Source: a virus. From it: DNA of 64,000 nucleotides. Shown one piece after another: positions 57,385 through 64,000 of the stretch. The stretch lies in the IMG/VR virus record IMGVR_UViG_3300045988_068596; one strand, 5' to 3'. The notes beneath the pieces were generated by a model. It saw nothing but the letters and a program-made list of their open reading frames with translations, was not told the origin of the DNA and searched no databases. The first letter of the stretch is position 1. Each line of letters starts with the position of its first letter. Position numbers and translations under genes: made by a program.

Positions 57385-57803
57385 TTGAATCAAGTAATGT
57401 AAATCATCCAAAACACTATACACAGGGAGGTACAGAAGTAATTGACGTTATTGAATACCTAACTTCTAAGTATCCCCCATCAATCCGTTACTCATTAGGT
57501 AATGTGATTAAATATGTTTGTCGTGCACCGTACAAAGGAAAAGAGGAAGAAGACTTAAATAAGGGTCATTGGTACTTGAATCGCAGTCAATCAGATATTA
57601 CTGCAAGCGTAAGTAAAACTACGTGCTCTATTCCTACTTTTGACATGGAAGCTTTCATCCAAGATACTGCAAAAGGCTATCGTGAAGAACAGCAACCATT
57701 CTTTAAATCCATTATGTACATGTTGGATGATACAGAAGGAACTCCTGTGTTCCGAATACTAAACCTTGTTGAGCGTGACCTTAAGGCTCTTAAAATTGCA
57801 TAG
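57381..57803 (+). CDS. DUF3310-family protein
   Basis: N-terminus NHPKHYTQGGTEVIDVIEY...GNVIKYVCRAPYKG...DLNKGHWYLNR matches the conserved DUF3310 pattern of phage proteins (from memory). Confidence 0.5.
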   Translation: MIESSNVNHPKHYTQGGTEVIDVIEYLTSKYPPSIRYSLGNVIKYVCRAPYKGKEEEDLNKGHWYLNRSQSDITASVSKTTCSIPTFDMEAFIQDTAKGYREEQQPFFKSIMYMLDDTEGTPVFRILNLVERDLKALKIA

Positions 57804-57867
57804 TTACTACTAGGTAGTACAGAGTTTTACTCCTTTTGCTTGTAAGGCGTTCCTGTCAGTTATGTTA

Positions 57868-57876
57868 TAATAGAGA
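57868..57876 (+). promoter_or_regulatory. extended -10 promoter TGTTATAAT
   Basis: TGn+TATAAT 32 nt before the 57909 RBS AAAGGAG. Confidence 0.4.
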
Positions 57877-57908
57877 TAGGAAAACTAAATAGCAAAAGGA
57901 GTTTAATT

Positions 57909-58703
57909 ATGAGTAGCACACCTCGAGTAAAGCGGTTAAATATCTATAATACCGACCGACACTTTAATATAAACTTAATGAAACGTGAAGACATTGCAAA
58001 TAAAATTAAAGTGAATCGGTTAAATGAAAAAGAAATTGAGAAAGAGATGGATGAACTAAGCGAAGTATCGGTTGTCACACCAGTGTGGACAATGAACATG
58101 AAGAATGAAAAATCCTATCTCCTATACCAAGAAAAATATACAAATGATACATTGATACAGAAATTATTCAAACATGCAGGTTCTGTTTCTTACTATACAG
58201 ATACAATTGTACCTTATTATGTTATTGAACAGATTGCTAAAAATCTAACAAGTGAAGTAATTTATCCAACAAAACCTAAATATGAAAATAGAGAGATTGA
58301 AAATATTCAGCTAGCATTTACGGCTTGTCCTGTAACCATTGATTGTCCAGTAGTTATTCCAGATGTTAGTCCTTATGACGTTTTGTTTGCTTTACACCCC
58401 TTAAAAACAAGTGTAGACAAAGTACAAATTTCATTTCCGTGGCTGTCAGAATCAGAAATATCTGATAGACATAGACGTTATTATCATAAAGTTGGAGACC
58501 ATTATGAGGTTAAAGCAAAATATAAATATCAATTCTTTAAATATGTCCAGACCTCACTATCCATCTGGGCTATGAACATTTGGATTGTTTGTGATAGTGA
58601 TGAGGATTTTGCCAATGTCGATTACTATGTACAAAAAGAAAAAAATAAAAGAAACGTCAATAGAGAACGTGCTCTCCAACGAAAGGAGAAGTCCGATGAG
58701 TAA
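57909..58703 (+). CDS. hypothetical protein (264 aa)
   Basis: RBS AAAGGAG. No recognisable motifs. Confidence 0.45.
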   Translation: MSSTPRVKRLNIYNTDRHFNINLMKREDIANKIKVNRLNEKEIEKEMDELSEVSVVTPVWTMNMKNEKSYLLYQEKYTNDTLIQKLFKHAGSVSYYTDTIVPYYVIEQIAKNLTSEVIYPTKPKYENREIENIQLAFTACPVTIDCPVVIPDVSPYDVLFALHPLKTSVDKVQISFPWLSESEISDRHRRYYHKVGDHYEVKAKYKYQFFKYVQTSLSIWAMNIWIVCDSDEDFANVDYYVQKEKNKRNVNRERALQRKEKSDE

Positions 58704-59007
58704 AGATAAAACAATGAACCGGACTGATGTTGCACGTGCCATCTCTCAATATACAGGTTATCGTATGAAAGACGTGTTAGCTATCTTACAAATGGAAGAT
58801 GAGGTTATCACACAAGCAATTTCACAAGGAATATCAATTAAAAACCATAAATTATGGAAATTGAATATTAAGAAAAAACCTGAGAAGGTCGCATGGGATG
58901 GCATTTCTAAGAAGACGTTTATTCAACCAGAAAAATATGTAGTTAAGTTTGTGCCACTTTCTAGGTTGAAAGAAGCTATAGATACTTACAATGAAGAGAA
59001 TGATTAG
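58696..59007 (+). CDS. HU/IHF-family DNA-binding protein (TF1-like)
   Basis: MNRTDVARAISQYTGYRMKDVLAIL...ISIKNHKLWKLNIKKKPEKVAWDGISKKTFIQPEKYVVKFVPLSRLKEAI follows the HU fold pattern. ATG at 58696 with RBS AAAGGAG. Confidence 0.65.
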   Translation: MSKDKTMNRTDVARAISQYTGYRMKDVLAILQMEDEVITQAISQGISIKNHKLWKLNIKKKPEKVAWDGISKKTFIQPEKYVVKFVPLSRLKEAIDTYNEEND

Positions 59008-59023
59008 TCATTCTCTTTTTTTT
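58996..59023 (+). terminator. rho-independent terminator
   Basis: gagaatga-ttag-tcattctc stem followed by tttttttt. Confidence 0.8.
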
Positions 59024-59027
59024 GCCC

Positions 59028-59055
59028 TTGACATACCTTACAAAAATGCTATACT
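59028..59055 (+). promoter_or_regulatory. sigma-A type promoter TTGACA-N16-(TGc)TATACT upstream of DNA polymerase
   Basis: Perfect -35. Extended -10 TGCTATACT. Confidence 0.6.
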
Positions 59056-59088
59056 GAAATAGTAGAATTACAGAAAGGGGAAGAGAGC

Positions 59089-59929
59089 TTGAAAATACTG
59101 TTCTTACAAGATTATATCAGAGAGACCCATGTACATAACAGTCAGAATGGACAATATGTAGACTATAAACGTACTGACATGGGTAAAAAGCTTACAAGTT
59201 TACTTAACGACATAGGTTTAACAGGTCGTGATTATATAATTGACTACGATTATGACCTAATTCCTGAACCACAGAAGGTAAATAATAAAACAGGTAAAGT
59301 TATTAAATACAAGGAGCCTGTATTAAAACTTCGGAAAGAACCTGAAAAACGTTTATTAAAACGATTAATGAAAACAAAACCAGACATCATTATTCCTATG
59401 GGAGGAATGGGATGTAAGAACTTATTGAATAGTACTTCTATTACGAAAGCACGTGGTGTTCCTGTACAAAAAACAATTACTGATGAAGAAACAGGAGAGT
59501 TTTTTGATACATGGATTTTACCAATGTTTAGTATGGAATACTTGTCAATGAATCCTAATATTGAGAACTTGGTAAAAGCAGACATTTCTACTTTATCTCG
59601 TTTTATTGCAGAGGGTGCACAAGCATTTGAGCCAAAGAAAGTTGAGTATGAGCTTGTTATGACAATTGAACGAGTGAAACAAATCTTTGAGTTCTTGTCT
59701 CGGTTTAAACCTCTTACTGCATGGGACTTGGAAACAAATAGTCTACGTGGAGATGTATTAGGTGCGAAACCACTAGTTATGTCTCTTAGTTGGGAAGAGG
59801 GTCAGGGTGTTACGATTCCCTTAGAACATCATGAATCCCCTTGGAATGAAGAAGAACTAGCTATTGTATACAATCATTTACAAGCTTTTGTAGCTGATGC
59901 ACAGCAACCAAAGGTAGGACACAACATTT
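59089..59929 (+). CDS. DNA polymerase I-type (family A) exon 1: 3'-5' exonuclease region
   Basis: Exo I motif LTAWDLETNSL and the start of Exo II, VGHNI. The exon ends in-frame TAA at 59929-59931, which begins the intron. TTG start with RBS AAAGGGGAAG. Confidence 0.75.
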
Positions 59930-60657
59930 AACAACATGGGTGTTGTAAAATCCCTCTCATATCGGTGAACGCTAAGGGAGAAATCCTATGCCAATACCGA
60001 GCCTACATTAACGGTGACGTTAGATGGGGTGTAGAGACTGAGCCGAGTCCTTGCAGGACAAGGTGAGAAGTGGTGTATCATGACAGAAAGGTTGTGATAC
60101 TATGAAGAAATGCAAAGTATGTGGAAAAGAAAAGGATTTAGACCAATACTACACATATAAAAAATATGGCAAAACCTATATCAATGGTAAGTGCAAAGTG
60201 TGTACTCTAGCTCAAAACAAGAAGTATAGAGATACCACTGGTTATGACAGAGCACGTTATCAAAAAGATAAGGAAAAGATTAGACAACTACAAAGAGAGT
60301 ACAGTAAAACAGAGGAAGGGCGTAAAGCTCGGCTAGAAGCTTCAAGACGTTATCGAGAATCAGAACACGGTAAACTTAAGCAGAAAGCACGAGCAGTAGT
60401 TAACCACGCAATTAGAGATGGTAAGCTAATTAAGCCAGAAATCTGTATGGATTGTGGCAGAAGTACTCAGTTAGAGGCGCACCACAAAGACTACAATAAG
60501 CCCTTAGATGTAGATTGGATTTGTAAAAATTGTCATGAAAATAGACACCACTTAAATGAGGGAAGTACATCTGAGTAGGTACCTGCAAGCAAACCTACTG
60601 AATTACCACAGGTGTACTAAGGTATAGTCCACTCCTTTAGGAAACTAGAGGGTACAG
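59930..60657 (+). mobile_element. group I intron (~728 nt) interrupting the DNA polymerase gene, carrying an HNH homing endonuclease ORF
   Basis: Exon 1 ends on U59929 and the intron ends on G60657. The predicted splice restores the Exo II motif as VGHNI-L-QFDIRFL. The downstream frame is open only from 60621. Confidence 0.65.
60102..60578 (+). CDS. intron-encoded HNH homing endonuclease
   Basis: Zn-ribbon CKVCGKEKD...CKVC at the N-terminus. C-terminal HNH motif EAHHKDYNKPLDVDWICKNCHENRHH. Confidence 0.75.
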   Translation: MKKCKVCGKEKDLDQYYTYKKYGKTYINGKCKVCTLAQNKKYRDTTGYDRARYQKDKEKIRQLQREYSKTEEGRKARLEASRRYRESEHGKLKQKARAVVNHAIRDGKLIKPEICMDCGRSTQLEAHHKDYNKPLDVDWICKNCHENRHHLNEGSTSE

Positions 60658-62846
60658 TGCAATTTGATATTCGTTTCTTAATGAACACAAAAGGGTTTGC
60701 TTATTTTGAGAATAACCGTGATACATTGATTGGGTATTACTTAATCGTAGCACAGAAAATTGAAAGCTCTAAACGTTTGTCAGACCTTGCTTATGAACTA
60801 ACTGATATGGGCGGTTATGACAACCCGTTAGAAGACTATAAGAAGAAATACAAGGAAGACTACATTGCTCGTAAGAAAGCTGAAATTGACGAGCTGAAAG
60901 CTTCTGAGAAAGCACGTGTAGAGAAGGAATACAAACTAGCACAGGCTAAATACAAAGAAGAAGTGGCAAAAGCTAAGAAATTAGGTAAGTCTACTAAATC
61001 AATTTTGAAACCTGTAAAAGAAAAAGTAGCTGTTCCTTCTAAGACAGAAGTTAAAACTGTGAATGAAATTGATGGTGGGGACTTTAACTATGATTGGATT
61101 CCATTAGAAATTATGCACCCATACGCAAGTGGAGATACAGATTGTTGCTTACGTATTTATAACGTACTATACCAACGAATTGCTCCTCATGAAAAAATTC
61201 TAGCTCTTTGGACAGACTTCTATCCTAAACTTACACGGACACTTGCTCATCTAGAAGCAGAAGGTATCTTCGTTGATAAAGAATATGCGAAAGTTCTTGA
61301 AAAGGTATATGCAGAAGAGGAAGAACGTCTTATCGAAGAATTACGTAAGTTCCCTGCTGTTAAAGAGTTAGAAGCAGAGCATATGGCACTTTATAAAGCA
61401 GGTCTAGAAGAATGGAAGAAACCCAAGTCAGAACGAGACGAAGAGGTTGCTAAACTTCGTGATAAATACAAGATTTCTGATAAGGAAAACAAAGTTAAGT
61501 TCAATCCCGGCTCTGCTGTCCATAAAGGAAAAGTTCTTTATAAGATTCTTGGTCTAACATTACCTTATGACAAAGAGTCCATTAAAGAAAAACCTTTTGA
61601 TAATGGTGTTCCTGAAAACGAATTAACTTGGGAAGACTACAAGACAGATAAACATGCTTTGGGCTATATCGCAGAGCACGATGAAGATGCAAAAGAATTA
61701 GCAGAAATGCTACTTGAATACTCTAAAGTAAATACCTTGAAGAACAACTTTGCTCAGAAACTTCCGTTACTAGCTTCAAACAAAGATGGAAAAGTACATG
61801 GTTCGTTCAAGATTACTGGTACAGAAACAAGTCGTTTATCTTCAAAAGAGCCTAACATGCAACAAGTACCGTCTAAAGTCGGAGACCCTAAACGTTTTGA
61901 CTATACGTACCCAATTAAGCGTATGTTTAAAACAAGTTTTGAGAACGGGGCTTTATTACAGCTTGACTACTCAGCCCTAGAAATGCGTATTCTAGCTTTA
62001 GTAGCCGGAGACGAAGCGATGACCCAAGCTTTCTTAGACGGAGAGGACTTACACAAATCAACCGCTTCTATTGTTTGGAAAGTACCTGTATCAGAAGTAT
62101 CTAAGGATATGCGTAAGAATGCTAAGAGTGTTAACTTTGGTATTGCTTATGGTGAAACACCTTTCTCTATTGCTCCTAAATTAGGTGTAACACCAGAAGA
62201 AGCCGAACGTATCTTTGAAGACTACTTTGCAAACAAACCACGTATTAAATCCTTTATTGATGAAACACATGAGTTTGTTAAAGAAAACGGGTATGTAGAT
62301 ACCTTACAAGGACACCGTAGATTGATTCGTGATGCGTTCTCTAAAGACCGTAACACATTCAATGGTGCTTTACGTAAGTCAGTAAACACGATTATTCAAG
62401 GAACTGGTGCATACTTAACAAACATGTCTTTGGTTTATATTGATGATTATCTAAGAACTAAAGGTATGAAGTCTCGTATTGCTATCACAGTACATGACTC
62501 CATTGTAATTGATTGTCCTCGTGAAGAAGTAGACGAAGTAGCAAAAGTAGCTTGTTTTATCATGGAAAACCTACCGATTGATTTCTTAACAATTAATTGG
62601 AAAGGGGAACAAATGCGATTTCCTATTGTAGCCGATGTAGAAATCGGGGAAAACTACAATGACATGGTAGACTACGATGCAGACGAAGTGAACAAATTTG
62701 CTTCTTATAAAGGATATGTTAAGTATTACAAAGACCAAGCTAAATTTGAAGACTATAAGAACGCAGGTATGATTAGTGAGGAACAAATGGAAGTCGGTAT
62801 TAATGCAGTTAAGGCTTCTATAGAACAGTACAAACTAATTGTGTAA
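60658..62846 (+). CDS. DNA polymerase I-type (family A) exon 2: rest of exonuclease domain and polymerase domain
   Basis: Pol A motif A LQLDYSALEMRILA, motif B RKNAKSVNFGIAYG, motif C ITVHDSIVIDCPREE. Confidence 0.8.
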
Positions 62847-62903
62847 GTCTTACAAGTTTATTTAAAAAAGTTACAAAATGATGTTGCCCTAACTTGTAAT
62901 GTG

Positions 62904-62913
62904 TGCTATAATA
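62904..62913 (+). promoter_or_regulatory. extended -10 promoter TGCTATAATA
   Basis: Motif copy with a weak -35 TTGCCC 17 nt upstream. Confidence 0.45.
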
Positions 62914-62968
62914 ATAGAGCAGACAGGTTAGGGAATGTCTGTAATACCGGAAAGGAGAATAAGACAGT

Positions 62969-63499
62969 GTGCTAGACTTACGAGTGAACGACCTTGAATT
63001 TCGTAAGATACGAGTTACCGATGAAAATGGTGAAACTGTTGTGTTTGACCTTACAGAGGAACTACAGGTAAACGAGTTTAGTGTTCGGCAAGCGTTCTTA
63101 GAACAGCCTGCGAAATACACGTATTGGACTTCTTTACTTGAACGCTTACGAATGTACCAAGAAAACTACGAGTTACAAGCTGAGAAGCGTAAAGCAGAAC
63201 TGTACGAGCCTTCTAGAAAGTCTTTGATTGAGCAGGGGGTAACTAAGCCAACAAAAGACCAAATAGAAGCACAGATTATGCTTGACGAACAGTATTATGC
63301 TCTGAGACAGAACATAATCAGTTTAACATTTAATGTTAGACAAGTGCAATATGTAGTAAAAGCCTTTGAACAAAGGAAAGACATGTTGATTCAGTATGGT
63401 GCAGACTTACGGAGGGATTTCGAGTATAGCCAGAAAGTGTCTATGCCAGACCCGCTAAAAGGTCAAAGGACAAGTTATAACAATCCATATAACACATAA
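62969..63499 (+). CDS. hypothetical protein (176 aa)
   Basis: GTG start with RBS AAAGGAGA ~11 nt upstream. Confidence 0.4.
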   Translation: MLDLRVNDLEFRKIRVTDENGETVVFDLTEELQVNEFSVRQAFLEQPAKYTYWTSLLERLRMYQENYELQAEKRKAELYEPSRKSLIEQGVTKPTKDQIEAQIMLDEQYYALRQNIISLTFNVRQVQYVVKAFEQRKDMLIQYGADLRRDFEYSQKVSMPDPLKGQRTSYNNPYNT

Positions 63500-63570
63500 C
63501 CTTAGAACCTAGTTGAACAACACATAATTCGAGAAACCAAAATAAAAAACAAAAGAATGGAGAAATTAAC

Positions 63571-64000
63571 GTGAACTTTCAAGAACAATTAAAACAACAA
63601 CTTGCCCAACAAAACCGAGGAGAACGTGCTGAGGTAGACTATCCTTCCAATCATCTTAAACACAAAGAGCTATTTATTCCAAAAGAAACTAATCAAGTAT
63701 TAGTTCGTATCTTACCGCCTAGTGTTTCTGGTGAAAACTACAACCAAATGGTTCGTGAAATCTTTTTACAAGCACATAACCGTAACGGTAAAGAACTAAA
63801 ATTAAATGCTGTCTTATCTGCATTCCCTAACGTAGAAGACCCATTAGACCAAGCACTTATTAACTGGAATGCACAAAACCGTGTTCCTAACAAATGGAAC
63901 AAAAATGCAACTCCAACTAAGAAGTATCTTGCTAATGTTATCCAATTAATTAGAGACCCACAAACAGGTCAATTCCGATATGAAACGGATGAACAAGGAA
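63571..64000 (+). CDS. 3'-truncated CDS, hypothetical (possible ssDNA-binding/recombination protein)
   Basis: GTG start with RBS TGGAGA 8 nt upstream. Frame is open to the window end. Confidence 0.35.
   Translation, partial: MNFQEQLKQQLAQQNRGERAEVDYPSNHLKHKELFIPKETNQVLVRILPPSVSGENYNQMVREIFLQAHNRNGKELKLNAVLSAFPNVEDPLDQALINWNAQNRVPNKWNKNATPTKKYLANVIQLIRDPQTGQFRYETDEQG

Noticed and set aside
1-64000. CRISPR arrays, rRNA, integrase/attachment sites
   Set aside because: No spacer-repeat periodicity, no rRNA-like sequence, and no recombinase gene were seen. The gene content is that of a strictly lytic phage.

Overview
The window is a contiguous, single-strand (+) stretch of a large virulent myovirus genome from a low-GC Gram-positive host. 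The gene order is that of Herelleviridae (SPO1/phage K-like). The host is probably a Lactobacillaceae/Firmicutes species, judged from an Apf-like domain and a Pal-type endolysin with SH3b repeats. All convincing genes are on the + strand. The minus-strand ORFs in the track all overlap + genes and look spurious. The first ~43 kb is a morphogenesis module, in this order:
- endolysin
- portal
- prohead protease
- acidic scaffold
- major capsid protein
- five head/neck proteins
- tail sheath
- tail tube
- two tail chaperone ORFs
- tape measure protein with an SLT domain
- tail-associated NlpC/P60 lysin
- a giant 2200-aa baseplate protein with a gpV-spike-like N-terminus and four internal ~100-aa repeats
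- baseplate gp25-like and J-like proteins
- a 1549-aa tail fibre with internally duplicated modules
- an 1152-aa tail protein

A replication/recombination module follows a free-standing homing-endonuclease-like gene and an AT-rich iterated region. It encodes an SF2 helicase, a Rep-like protein, a DnaB-like helicase, SbcD, SbcC, a primase, a dUTPase, a resolvase-like nuclease, an HU/TF1-like protein, and a family-A DNA polymerase interrupted by a group I intron that carries an HNH endonuclease ORF.

Two promoter classes are visible. About 13 copies of an extended -10 motif TGCTATAWT lacking a -35 (presumptive late promoters) precede structural operons. Sigma-A consensus TTGACA-N16/17-TATAMT promoters precede replication genes. 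Strong Shine-Dalgarno sites and many rho-independent terminators delimit operons. No tRNA, rRNA or CRISPR array was found.
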